The notes under the pieces were generated by a model that was not told where the DNA came from, did no database searches, and worked only from the letters and a program-made list of their open reading frames with translations. This document shows positions 8,714-17,358 of a DNA stretch of 64,000 bases, one piece after another. The number at the start of each line of letters is the position of its first letter. The stretch's first letter is position 1. Origin of the DNA: a virus; the IMG/VR virus record IMGVR_UViG_3300020576_004720, positions 7,706 to 71,705 of that record. The stretch is one strand, 5' to 3'. Position numbers and translations under genes: made by a program.

Positions 8714-9901
8714 TTAGTCAAGAAACAGTTCCAGAAGATCAACTTTATTCATATTATACACAATATCTCTGGCAATTTCTTTCTCGGTGTAAAACTTTGC
8801 ATTATCCTCATCAACGTATGCAATTCCATTGTGTACTTCTATATATGAACCTTTCAAGATTTTACCTGTTCTCACATCCAATTTACAGTTCACTGACTTG
8901 AGGTAATACTTTATCTTAGCTATATTCATATTGTCAAGCCTTGTAAAGACAAAATTTCCTGTTTTACTCAATTCCTCTTTACCTACGATTATACCTCTTG
9001 ACTTTAAATCATCATACCATTCATCAGGTATAACAATCGACTTTCCAATAAATAATGATCCAATCAATTCTTTGGCAAATGCAGGTACAAACTCTATACC
9101 TTCACTTACAGCATTTTTAAACGCTGCATATCCTATATTGGGAATATTAGCACAGAAAAAGTCAATAGGTACACTCTTAATTACTCTTATGAATATACCC
9201 TCATCATCTATTTTTGCCATGAATTTTCTGAAATAGTTGCTAATGTAGGCGCTGCTGGTAACCCTTGACTCATTTATTTCAATATTGTTAAAGTCAATAT
9301 CAAATAATCTCTTTACATCACTGTCATAGCAGCGTATCCCCTTTCTGTATACATTATAAGGAGAAGGTTCATTCTTGAAGAATATTCTTCCCACTTCATT
9401 TGCATAGTCATGCTTCCTGTCAAATGCAAAGTAATGATCCCAGTTAATCACGATGTCAGAGATTTCTTTTGACAAAGGAATGTAAATTGTGGTTTTATCA
9501 TCACAATACTCCAATTGATTCTCATCATTATAGAAGCATGTGGTCATTTCAAACCCTCCTTCATCAATAGCATTGGAGACAGTTTCCCTCAATGCCATCC
9601 ATGCTTTCCAATCCAACTCACCCATTCCTGCAGTAATGGATGTCTTTTGTCCATCAACAGTAAGAACACGAATAGGTGAATCACGGTGGAGAACAATTTC
9701 GCAGTCAATGTCTATCCTCCTTTTACCACTGTAAATAATAGGAAGAATGTCATTCCTTAGGTAATAAGCCAGAGCAAACTTATTCCCTGAACCATACTGT
9801 CCAATCTTGTCAGATGCTCCTCTCTTAGTAGAAGAACCAACAAGAGTAAGATCTTCATTGTGCATGAGACCATTGTTCACGATTTTCAGATACTTTTTCA
9901 T
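8714..9901 (-). CDS. hypothetical protein (395 aa; start moved to MKKYLKIV)
   Basis: The listed ORF 8714..9979 would contain the intergenic CCTAGG motif (9919-9933). The internal Met at 9899-9901 puts the motif upstream of the gene, as in copy 1. Confidence 0.5.
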   Translation of the reverse strand: MKKYLKIVNNGLMHNEDLTLVGSSTKRGASDKIGQYGSGNKFALAYYLRNDILPIIYSGKRRIDIDCEIVLHRDSPIRVLTVDGQKTSITAGMGELDWKAWMALRETVSNAIDEGGFEMTTCFYNDENQLEYCDDKTTIYIPLSKEISDIVINWDHYFAFDRKHDYANEVGRIFFKNEPSPYNVYRKGIRCYDSDVKRLFDIDFNNIEINESRVTSSAYISNYFRKFMAKIDDEGIFIRVIKSVPIDFFCANIPNIGYAAFKNAVSEGIEFVPAFAKELIGSLFIGKSIVIPDEWYDDLKSRGIIVGKEELSKTGNFVFTRLDNMNIAKIKYYLKSVNCKLDVRTGKILKGSYIEVHNGIAYVDEDNAKFYTEKEIARDIVYNMNKVDLLELFLD

Positions 9902-9918
9902 ATGAACTCTAAGTTTCC

Positions 9919-9933
9919 CAGTTCCTAGGCTGT
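9919..9933. promoter_or_regulatory. CCTAGG-core motif CAGTTCCTAGGCTGT (copy 2)
   Basis: Same 15-mer and flanks as copy 1: ...AGGCTGTTNTTTAGT. Confidence 0.45.
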
Positions 9934-9953
9934 TGTTTAGTGGAAACTTATTG

Positions 9954-9998
9954 AACCAGCGAGGGATTCGAACCCTCACTAAGCTCCTTAGGCTGGTT
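9954..9998 (-). ncRNA. tRNA-like minihelix (7-bp acceptor-like stem + short 5-bp/3-nt hairpin + canonical T-arm GAGGG-TTCGAAT-CCCTC); no D or anticodon arm
   Basis: Minus-strand read AACCAGC-CTAAGGAGCTTAGT-GAGGGTTCGAATCCCTC-GCTGGTT. It starts at the stop codon of gene 9998..10315. Confidence 0.5.
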
Positions 9999-10315
9999 TA
10001 TTGGTGTATTGTTTTGAGATAATGTGTGTATTCCATCATGGCATTGTCCCTTTTTATACTAAGTATTCTGATTTTAGTATCAGCAACAATCATCTGGATT
10101 CTGCATTTGTATGCCCATAATGCTTCGAAGTCCTTGTCAGACAGTTCAATATAAGCTCTACCTCTTATAAAGTTGAGCCTTGATTGAACACATGAGAAGC
10201 GTTCATGAATTTCATTAGCATAATCCCTTGGGACAGGAAATGTCATGCGATAGTTAACTACCTTTCCCCTTGCATCTACTATCGCTTCGATGCAGTTTGT
10301 TCTTACTCTTTTCAT
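9998..10315 (-). CDS. hypothetical protein (105 aa; start at MKRVRTN, ATGA-coupled to the upstream gene)
   Basis: The listed ORF 9998..10366 overlaps 10312..10533. The internal Met removes the overlap. Confidence 0.5.
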   Translation of the reverse strand: MKRVRTNCIEAIVDARGKVVNYRMTFPVPRDYANEIHERFSCVQSRLNFIRGRAYIELSDKDFEALWAYKCRIQMIVADTKIRILSIKRDNAMMEYTHYLKTIHQ

Positions 10316-10533
10316 GGTTTTGTGGTTTTGTTTAAAGTGATTGTAATATACATTGCCAGTCCACATATTCCTGCAATTAGGAACATAAACAATGTTGCCA
10401 TTGCATCTGTATTAATTCCAGGAAAAAATGGATTCTCCCCATTCTTGAGAAATAAATTCCCAAAACCTACTCCTGCAAATAATACCAGATTAAATGCAAA
10501 ATAGGAGAATAATAACCAGTCTTTTGTTTTCAT
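10312..10533 (-). CDS. small membrane protein (73 aa, two transmembrane segments)
   Basis: Two hydrophobic stretches. Confidence 0.5.
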   Translation of the reverse strand: MKTKDWLLFSYFAFNLVLFAGVGFGNLFLKNGENPFFPGINTDAMATLFMFLIAGICGLAMYITITLNKTTKP

Positions 10534-10538
10534 GTTTT

Positions 10539-10772
10539 TTAGTTTAAATGGTTGATAATCAGAACACTAGTAATATTAGCATCCTTATGTCTTTTGTAAG
10601 ACCCAATAGTCCTAAAGCCGTCATCCATGCATTTGCAGTAGATGTACGATACACTCATTGGATCTTTGAATCCAAATAAGTCTATAGGATCATTAGGTCC
10701 TATAACCTCATAGATTGCCTTATCATCTGTTTTTTCGATGGCGATGAGTTCCATCATGGCTTTGTACTTCAT
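10539..10772 (-). CDS. hypothetical protein (77 aa)
   Basis: ORF. Confidence 0.45.
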   Translation of the reverse strand: MKYKAMMELIAIEKTDDKAIYEVIGPNDPIDLFGFKDPMSVSYIYCKCMDDGFRTIGSYKRHKDANITSVLIINHLN

Positions 10773-10781
10773 TTTTACAAT

Positions 10782-10949
10782 TTATTGGTTTTCAAATTCC
10801 TTATACAGCTTCTCACTGCACAAGATTACTACTTCTTTACTAGTTGCTTGAAGATCCCAGTCTCTCAACTTTTGATCTACAAATGGTCTCCAGCAGTTAT
10901 AATACTCCTGCCAAGACATTGTCACCTTGATCATCTTTTCTGTTTTCAT
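10782..10949 (-). CDS. small hypothetical protein (55 aa, MKTEKMIKVTMSWQEYYNCWRPF...)
   Basis: Unlisted sub-60-aa ORF that fills the gap between two minus-strand genes. Translated by hand. Confidence 0.35.
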   Translation of the reverse strand: MKTEKMIKVTMSWQEYYNCWRPFVDQKLRDWDLQATSKEVVILCSEKLYKEFENQ

Positions 10950-10987
10950 TTTATATATAGGGTTTTATAACTCCTCCCAGAAGTTTA

Positions 10988-11033
10988 GAGCCAAGCTGGG
11001 GAATCGAACCCCAACCTACACTCCTACCTTGGC
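10988..11033 (-). ncRNA. tRNA-like minihelix (acceptor-like stem AGCCAAG/CTTGGCT + T-arm TGGGG-TTCGATT-CCCCA; no D or anticodon arm)
   Basis: Begins at the stop codon of gene 11033..11254. Confidence 0.45.
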
Positions 11034-11254
11034 TATTGATGAAGTTTATTCCTTAAATCAATAAGGAATTTACGCTCATCACGTAATTCGTCTAAATACC
11101 ATCCCAATTCAAGATTCTCCTGATAGTCATCACCATCATCGTCATCTCTACATAAGAATTGAGGTTTAGGACGACCTGCTTCCATTTCAGCTTGGTCAAT
11201 CTCTTTCAACCTTTGGTTGATTTGGTCTTCTGACCAGTTTGTCATGCTTTCCAT
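11033..11254 (-). CDS. acidic hypothetical protein (73 aa, DDDDGDD tract)
   Basis: ORF. Confidence 0.45.
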   Translation of the reverse strand: MESMTNWSEDQINQRLKEIDQAEMEAGRPKPQFLCRDDDDGDDYQENLELGWYLDELRDERKFLIDLRNKLHQ

Positions 11255-11293
11255 AACTTTATACAGTTTTTATAGTAGTGTCTCTACTTTAGA

Positions 11294-11340
11294 AATAAAG
11301 GCATGACTTGAACATGCAGCCAACCTAGTTGGACTTTATT
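11294..11340 (-). ncRNA. tRNA-like minihelix (stem AATAAAG/CTTTATT + hairpin CCAAC-TAG-GTTGG + T-arm GCATG-TTCAAGT-CATGC)
   Basis: Begins 2 nt after the stop of gene 11343..11657. Same architecture as the elements at 9954 and 10988. Confidence 0.4.
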
Positions 11341-11342
11341 TG

Positions 11343-11657
11343 TTACAATGCTTCTTCAATAGACTCCTCTATTGAGACGAAGACTCCTTCTCTGATATCC
11401 TTAAGAATATCAGTTAATTGCCAATAATTACTTGGCAGTTCGGATGACAACATCCGAAATTTAATTATATTTTCTTGGGTCAAACCCAAGATTGTGTATC
11501 TTGGGTCATTACCCCAATGAAATACAATTTTATTCTCATACTCTGCGTAATACGCAGGGTTTGAGTGTGAGCTACAGCTCCTGATAGTTGCGTCTTTGTG
11601 TTCTTCTATAAACTTAATTAAGTTCAAGTTTGACACATTAAAATAATTTATACTCAT
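11343..11657 (-). CDS. hypothetical protein (104 aa)
   Basis: ORF. Confidence 0.5.
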   Translation of the reverse strand: MSINYFNVSNLNLIKFIEEHKDATIRSCSSHSNPAYYAEYENKIVFHWGNDPRYTILGLTQENIIKFRMLSSELPSNYWQLTDILKDIREGVFVSIEESIEEAL

Positions 11658-11833
11658 AATACTTGTGAGGTTTTAATTAGACTCAGGTTTCCTACCTCTA
11701 AACTGAGTTTGTTTATAAATTAATATCCTTATTATAGTGGAATGAACCCTGTTTCGACTCTTTTGAGTCATCATCAGCAGCACCACACAGTGCTGGACAG
11801 GAAGCAGTTTAATGACATACTCAGGTCTTAAGA

Positions 11834-12043
11834 CTAAGGGTTCCAAATCTTTAATAATCTGGAATGCAATCTCCTAGCCTTAGCTAAGGAGATTTTATTG
11901 TTTGTCTCAATCCACCTACCATCAAGCTTTATTGCCTGATACCATGTACATGTTATAATCGCCCTGCATATACATGTTTTTGGTAGGTTGGTAACGAAAC
12001 CATCCTCGTCAATTCTTGTTTCCTGCCTTTCGGCTTTTATCAT
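11834..12043 (-). CDS. hypothetical protein (69 aa); doubtful
   Basis: ORF at the edge of the divergent region. It contains a strong hairpin at 11868-11896. Confidence 0.3.
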   Translation of the reverse strand: MIKAERQETRIDEDGFVTNLPKTCICRAIITCTWYQAIKLDGRWIETNNKISLAKARRLHSRLLKIWNP

Positions 12044-12311
12044 AGTGTTTTATTTTGTTTTTGTTTTTGTTTTGTCAACACACTTTAATATTGGCAGTGT
12101 TGTTCTCCAAATTATTCATAGTTGATTGGATTTCTACCCAAGTTGTTGATTTTCATAGGTTTAGATATGGGGGGTACTAGGCGACTTCTAACTTGACCAA
12201 GCCACCAAATCTATATATCCTCCCCAAAATCACGCATAAAAACAAAAAAAAAATAAAAATTTTTTTAATTTAAAAAGTTAATTTACCTTTGTATCACAAA
12301 ACCAAGATAGT
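12044..12311. promoter_or_regulatory. divergent control region between the leftward and rightward gene blocks
   Basis: No ORF. (TTTTG)n tract at 12046-12070. Long A and T runs at 12240-12280. TACCTTTG (a TAnnTTTG-type -7 element) at 12282-12289, just upstream of the first rightward gene. Confidence 0.5.
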
Positions 12312-12731
12312 ATGGTAACTAATTTACAAGGGACTCAATTAGCAGTTTCTCTCTTAACTCCTCAGGAAAAAGAACTAACCTCTGATGGTTATCACTCCTT
12401 TAAAGAACTCTACGAATTTAGAAAGTTATACAATGCTGCATTATTTAATGAATGGTCTACTCAAGGATCTACAGAGATAGGTAGGGACGGGGAATATTCT
12501 AGTACAAGTAAATATGATGTTCACAAATCTTGGAAACATAATGATGGAGAATTGTGTTTTGGAGGTGGGTGGTTTGTCGTTGTAGCTATGTTACCTACAG
12601 GACAGATTACAAACCACTATAAAGCAGAAGATTGGGACCTTTTTAAAATTCCTGAAACAGAGAAAGCTAAATATCCTTTTGATGGACATACTTCTCAAGA
12701 TGTATTACAAAGATTAAAAGACTTATTATGA
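12312..12731 (+). CDS. hypothetical protein (139 aa)
   Basis: First gene of the rightward block. Confidence 0.55.
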   Translation: MVTNLQGTQLAVSLLTPQEKELTSDGYHSFKELYEFRKLYNAALFNEWSTQGSTEIGRDGEYSSTSKYDVHKSWKHNDGELCFGGGWFVVVAMLPTGQITNHYKAEDWDLFKIPETEKAKYPFDGHTSQDVLQRLKDLL

Positions 12732-13390
12732 AAGATCCAAATAGGGAAAGAAAGAATGAAATAAAGTACAATGTTACTTTAAATGATGAACAGAAAGAAG
12801 CTAAAAGATTAATTGTTGAAAATCAAATAGTTATAATTACAGGTAGGGCAGGTTCTGGAAAGTCTCTTGTTGGTGCTCAGACTGCACTGGATTTTCTTAA
12901 TAAGAAGATGTGTGATAAAGTGCTGGTAACCAGAGCAATGATTGAACTGGAGGATGATTCTATGGGATTTCTTCCTGGTTCTAAGAATGAGAAATTTGCG
13001 CCTTATATGGAAGCCTTCAGAGAAAATCTGGAGAAGTGTATAGATAAGGTAAAAGTTCAAGACTTGATTACTGCAGAAAGAATCATCGCTGGTCCTATTA
13101 ATTTCATAAGAGGTAAAACAATTGATGATGTTCTAATAGTTGAAGAAGCTCAAAACTTAACAAGGTTCCAAATGCTTTCTATTCTGACGAGACTTGGAAA
13201 GACAGGAAAGATGATAATAAATGGTGATAATGACCAACAGGATATAAATTTAAAACATGAATCTCAAAATGGTCTGCAATTTGCAATAGAGCTTTCTAAA
13301 AATATTAAAGATATAAAAAGAATAAATCTTAAAGAGAATCATAGGTCAGATCTTGTAGGAAAGATTCTAGACTTTGTTTATAACAAATAA
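12728..13390 (+). CDS. phoH: PhoH-like ATPase
   Basis: Walker A GRAGSGKS and the conserved PhoH core (VLVTRAMIELEDDSMGFLPG...KFAPYM...INGDNDQQD). Confidence 0.85.
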   Translation: MKDPNRERKNEIKYNVTLNDEQKEAKRLIVENQIVIITGRAGSGKSLVGAQTALDFLNKKMCDKVLVTRAMIELEDDSMGFLPGSKNEKFAPYMEAFRENLEKCIDKVKVQDLITAERIIAGPINFIRGKTIDDVLIVEEAQNLTRFQMLSILTRLGKTGKMIINGDNDQQDINLKHESQNGLQFAIELSKNIKDIKRINLKENHRSDLVGKILDFVYNK

Positions 13391-13401
13391 AAATAAAAAC
13401 C

Positions 13402-13611
13402 ATGAAAAGTTTATTTCAGTACACTGTTATTTACCATCAGTTTGAAGAAGGAGAAAAAGGTAAAGTTTACAAAGATTCAGTATTAGTACAAGAACCTAAG
13501 TTTGTTCTTGCAGCTACTGAAAAAGAAGTAGTGTTTAGAGCAACAAGGGAGATTGATGAAAAGTATGCATCAGATCCTGATAACGTACAAATCTTAATCA
13601 GAAATTTTTAA
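13402..13611 (+). CDS. hypothetical protein (69 aa)
   Basis: ORF. Confidence 0.45.
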   Translation: MKSLFQYTVIYHQFEEGEKGKVYKDSVLVQEPKFVLAATEKEVVFRATREIDEKYASDPDNVQILIRNF

Positions 13612-13828
13612 ATCCTCCCAAATCAGTAGGAACCTCTACAAATAATAGTAGAGGATTTGGGAATGATATGTTCCGAAAAAGGAGTCCTAGTGACTGGACT
13701 TATGATAAGGGACTTACTAATATAATTGGAGTTGGAAATACAACAGGTGGATATGCAGGTATGCCTACTTCAACAGAAGTTCCTTATATTACAAATACTT
13801 ATTCATTAACATCAGCATTATCAAGTAA

Positions 13829-14254
13829 ATGAGTCAACAATATTATACACCAAATATAGAAGATATAAGAGTTGGATATGAATGTGAGGCGATGCAGAGT
13901 AATATTATAAGCAATCCTGAATGGAAAAAAATTACTATAAATTCTGAAGGATTTAGAGATCTTTTAATGTATCACGATCCTATAACAGATTACTCAAAAA
14001 TATTTAGAACTCCATATCTAACCAAAGAACAAATAGAAGCTGAAGGATGGGAATTTGGGGAATTTCAATATGGTCTTAGATTTTATGCTAAAAAGAATAA
14101 TATAATACTAGGAACAAGGGCTTTATTTTATGAAGCGAGATGGTTAGAAGTATTTAGAGAGGGAATTCCCTTAACGCATTTGTTTTCTGGACAATGTAAA
14201 TCAATAAATGAATTTAGATATATTTGTAAACTTTTAAATATTAATAATGAATAA
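13829..14254 (+). CDS. hypothetical protein (141 aa)
   Basis: ORF. Confidence 0.5.
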   Translation: MSQQYYTPNIEDIRVGYECEAMQSNIISNPEWKKITINSEGFRDLLMYHDPITDYSKIFRTPYLTKEQIEAEGWEFGEFQYGLRFYAKKNNIILGTRALFYEARWLEVFREGIPLTHLFSGQCKSINEFRYICKLLNINNE

Positions 14255-14409
14255 TATACATGACTGGATTTTTCATAAAAACTGCTACACTAATAAATGG
14301 TGTGCAGTAAAGAGGGACAATTATAATTTACTTTTTAGTAATTATAATTCTCCTTTAGTATTAAAGAGTTCATCCATTAAAACTCTTGAAGATTTAATAA
14401 ATAAAACAG

Positions 14410-14973
14410 ATGGTGATGAAAAAGCTATTTCTAAGCTTATTACTAAGTAGTTCATTTTTAATAGGTTATAGTCAGATTAAATGTGTTTTCTTTTCTGATG
14501 TACCTCCTCTTCATAGATATGCAATAATGTATGATTTGCAGAGAATGTGCAGAAGACATCTTCCAGATACAGTTTCTACTGTAAGTATAAGATTTGTAAA
14601 AGAGCCTTGGTGTGGGAATATTTTTGGTTATGATGCTAATATGTATCTTGATTATCTGGATACTAATATAAGAACATTAGGTATAACTTATAGGAGTTTA
14701 TCTCACCATTGTACTGATGAAATGTTGGATGGATTGACAGTAGAAAATAGATCTATTATAACAATATATAATGTTGGAAATGTAAGAAGATTATCAAAAT
14801 TAGCTATGCATGAGTTAGGTCATAGTTATGGTATTTATAACCACTGTAAAACGAAAGGTTGTTTTATGGAAGGTGGAGGATACTTTAATCAATTAAAAAT
14901 GTATGATAGGGAGTATTTCTTTTGTAAAAAATGTAAAAAGATATTAAATGAAAAAGTATTTAACAATAGATAG
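14410..14973 (+). CDS. secreted zinc metalloprotease, archaemetzincin-like (peptidase M54-like)
   Basis: N-terminal signal peptide MVMKKLFLSLLLSSSFLIGYSQ. Motif HELGHSYGIYNHC-x4-C ... C-x2-C matches the archaemetzincin signature HExxHxxGxxHC plus a Cys pair. Confidence 0.5.
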   Translation: MVMKKLFLSLLLSSSFLIGYSQIKCVFFSDVPPLHRYAIMYDLQRMCRRHLPDTVSTVSIRFVKEPWCGNIFGYDANMYLDYLDTNIRTLGITYRSLSHHCTDEMLDGLTVENRSIITIYNVGNVRRLSKLAMHELGHSYGIYNHCKTKGCFMEGGGYFNQLKMYDREYFFCKKCKKILNEKVFNNR

Positions 14974-15658
14974 AGTATTAATGATTTTAGCAATTATATT
15001 TTTACTGGGTTTAAATAAGTGTAGTTCTGACTATTATCAATTATCAATGTCAAAACAACAACTTGAAAATCAGAAAATAGACTCTATAAAAAATAAATAT
15101 GGAGAGACAATTCTTACTCAGGAAGCAATTATAACAAATAATAAAGATGACATTGCAAATCTTTCAGATTCTATTTTTAGACTAAAAGATAAACATAATA
15201 GAAGAATAAAAGAGTTAATTGCTTTTTATTCAACTACTTCGAATACAGGGATTAGAGATGTGGCTGTCCCTTATCTTGATAAAAAAGCCATGAAAAGGTT
15301 TACAGACTCTGTTGAGCAAAGATGTGCAGAAGTCATTAAGTTCTATAGGGATAGTGCTATTCAAGTTCCCAAAACTGTAAAGGATTCTTCTGCATACTTT
15401 GTATTCCAAGGAACAGTAGAAAAAGATTCTTTTCGAATAAATAATATTCAATTCCCTGATTCTCAATATATTAGAGTTGCAAAAGTCAAAAAAGGACTAT
15501 TTAAGAAACCTATATATGAGATTCAGATGTTTCATACAAACCCTTATGTAAAAACAACAGGTTTGAATTCTGTAATTTATAAACCACCTAAACAAAATAA
15601 ACTACCTTTGTATGCAGTACTAGTTGCACTAGGGTTAGTTGCAGGAAAATCATTATAA
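14948..15658 (+). CDS. membrane/lipoprotein-like hypothetical protein (N- and C-terminal hydrophobic segments)
   Basis: ORF with MILAIIFLLGLNKCSS at the N-terminus and LPLYAVLVALGLVAG at the C-terminus. Confidence 0.5.
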   Translation: MKKYLTIDRVLMILAIIFLLGLNKCSSDYYQLSMSKQQLENQKIDSIKNKYGETILTQEAIITNNKDDIANLSDSIFRLKDKHNRRIKELIAFYSTTSNTGIRDVAVPYLDKKAMKRFTDSVEQRCAEVIKFYRDSAIQVPKTVKDSSAYFVFQGTVEKDSFRINNIQFPDSQYIRVAKVKKGLFKKPIYEIQMFHTNPYVKTTGLNSVIYKPPKQNKLPLYAVLVALGLVAGKSL

Positions 15659-15854
15659 AATGAAACTAGATAAAATTTTACACTTTTTTGTAGGAATTGT
15701 TATATATTTGCTTTTCAATAGTTTATATCTAGTATTTTTAATAGCTGGATTAAAAGAAGGATTTGATTATTTAAAACATGGTAAACCTGATTATAAAGAT
15801 TTTATTATAACAGTTATACCAGCAATACTTATAGAAATATGGCTAAATTTATAA
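15639..15854 (+). CDS. small two-transmembrane protein (71 aa), holin-like candidate
   Basis: Two hydrophobic helices. Confidence 0.4.
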   Translation: MQENHYKMKLDKILHFFVGIVIYLLFNSLYLVFLIAGLKEGFDYLKHGKPDYKDFIITVIPAILIEIWLNL

Positions 15855-16147
15855 ATAAACAAAGTATAAAAAAGATTTTAGGGTTATTTATTGGATTCGG
15901 AGCACCTCTATTATTCTTTTTAGAGAAACAGACTGGGTCTTGGATAATATTATTGTGTATTCTTTTTTCAGTAATTGGTGCAGGATTAATTACAAAATTC
16001 TCTGATTTTAAATATGAAATCAAAGGATTAGATGGAACAGATGGAAAAGTTGATATTAATCAAACATGGGGTTTATTTTTAATATCACTTATATCAAACC
16101 TTATTATTTCAATTTTAATAATTTTTTACAATGGTAGCAGTAATTAA
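15839..16147 (+). CDS. three-transmembrane membrane protein (102 aa)
   Basis: Hydrophobic profile. Confidence 0.4.
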   Translation: MAKFINKQSIKKILGLFIGFGAPLLFFLEKQTGSWIILLCILFSVIGAGLITKFSDFKYEIKGLDGTDGKVDINQTWGLFLISLISNLIISILIIFYNGSSN

Positions 16148-16319
16148 AAAAGTTTCTCATGGTAAGAGAAAAGGTGAATTTAGATTTAATTTAGTTGGTG
16201 ATAATGGGGAAGTCATAGCAACTTCCGAGACTTATACTCAAAAACATAATGTTGCTGATGTTCTGGAAAAATACTTTAAAGACTTTAAAATAGTGGATAA
16301 ATGCAAAGATGGGATATAA
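16131..16319 (+). CDS. DUF1508 / YegP-like single-domain protein (62 aa)
   Basis: KGEFRFNLVGDNGEVIATSETY matches the YegP/DUF1508 core. Confidence 0.5.
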   Translation: MVAVIKKVSHGKRKGEFRFNLVGDNGEVIATSETYTQKHNVADVLEKYFKDFKIVDKCKDGI

Positions 16320-16912
16320 TAAATAATCTAATTAAACAAAATAAGTATAAGTCTTATCTTGAGATAGGTTACTATAAAGGTTATTCTTTTGATGAGGTAT
16401 CTTGTAAATTTAAGATTGCTGTAGATCCATACCCTTGTAAAACTATAGAACAAGAAGCTGCAAAACATGGCTCAGTTCTTAATGGTAATATTATAAAACT
16501 TACATCTGATGAGTTCTTTAGTAAGAATAAGAAGACTTTTGATATAGTTTTTATAGATGGTCTTCATACTGCTGAACAAGTATACAGAGATATCCAGAAC
16601 TCTATTACTGTACTTAATAAAGGTGGTACTATAGTACTCCATGACTGTAACCCTCCTTTATATGAACATACTACTACAGGTATAGATGGTTGCTGGACAG
16701 GAGATACTTATAAAGCAGTTTTGAAGTTTCAAATGGAATATCAGGATGGTTCATATTCTTATTTTACTCATAATACAGATTGGGGAGTAGGAATTATTAG
16801 GAAAAATGAAAATCCTATTGTAACTTTGCATAAACTTGATTATCAGAGAGCTATAGATGATTGGTCTTATTTTGATGAAAATCGGGAAAAATTATTAAAC
16901 CTTAGAATATGA
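16301..16912 (+). CDS. class I SAM-dependent methyltransferase (Methyltransf_24 / TylF-like)
   Basis: FDIVFIDGLHTAEQVYRDIQNSITVLNKGGTIVLHD resembles SAM-dependent methyltransferase family 24. Confidence 0.5.
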   Translation: MQRWDIINNLIKQNKYKSYLEIGYYKGYSFDEVSCKFKIAVDPYPCKTIEQEAAKHGSVLNGNIIKLTSDEFFSKNKKTFDIVFIDGLHTAEQVYRDIQNSITVLNKGGTIVLHDCNPPLYEHTTTGIDGCWTGDTYKAVLKFQMEYQDGSYSYFTHNTDWGVGIIRKNENPIVTLHKLDYQRAIDDWSYFDENREKLLNLRI

Positions 16913-17358
16913 ATATTGTTAAAACAGAGGAACTATTTACATTTCCAGTAATAATGATTGATCCTGATAAAGAGGATGAAAGGGATGAGCTTACTCAAAG
17001 TCTTGGTATCAAGGTACAAGAGGAAGACCCTGAGATTCTTATTGGAGAAGCAATGGTTCCTCATTGGGATTTTCTCTTTATAAGAGATAGATGGAATCTA
17101 ACAGAGGAATCTTATAAAAAAGCTCTGCTTGGAAAGTTTGAATGTTGTTTAGTTGTTTTTGATCAATGTGGTACATTTATATCACCTTTATCAAAAGAAA
17201 AATTTTTAAAGAAATTAGATGAATTTAGAGAGAGGTTACCAAAACCAGAAAGACCTCAGTTATTTATGATTGATCTAACAAAACCTGTAATGGATGCTAG
17301 TAAAGTTCAAGAAGGAGATACAGGACATACTGATCCTGAAGGAAAAGATAGAGCTTGA
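16909..17358 (+). CDS. hypothetical protein (149 aa)
   Basis: ORF. Overlaps the next ORF by 65 nt. Confidence 0.45.
   Translation: MNIVKTEELFTFPVIMIDPDKEDERDELTQSLGIKVQEEDPEILIGEAMVPHWDFLFIRDRWNLTEESYKKALLGKFECCLVVFDQCGTFISPLSKEKFLKKLDEFRERLPKPERPQLFMIDLTKPVMDASKVQEGDTGHTDPEGKDRA

Noticed and set aside
8714-9901. GHKL-type ATPase call for the 395-aa protein, based on the ETVSNAIDEGG and SDKIGQYGSGNKFA motifs.
   Set aside because: The N-box-like and G-box-like motifs are in the reverse order for GHKL ATPases.
9954-11340. Minihelices as attP or integration cores (tRNA 3' halves).
   Set aside because: No integrase, recombination directionality factor or repressor gene is present in the window. 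The elements recur three times in a regular gene-stop-linked pattern, which fits RNA punctuation better than a single att site.
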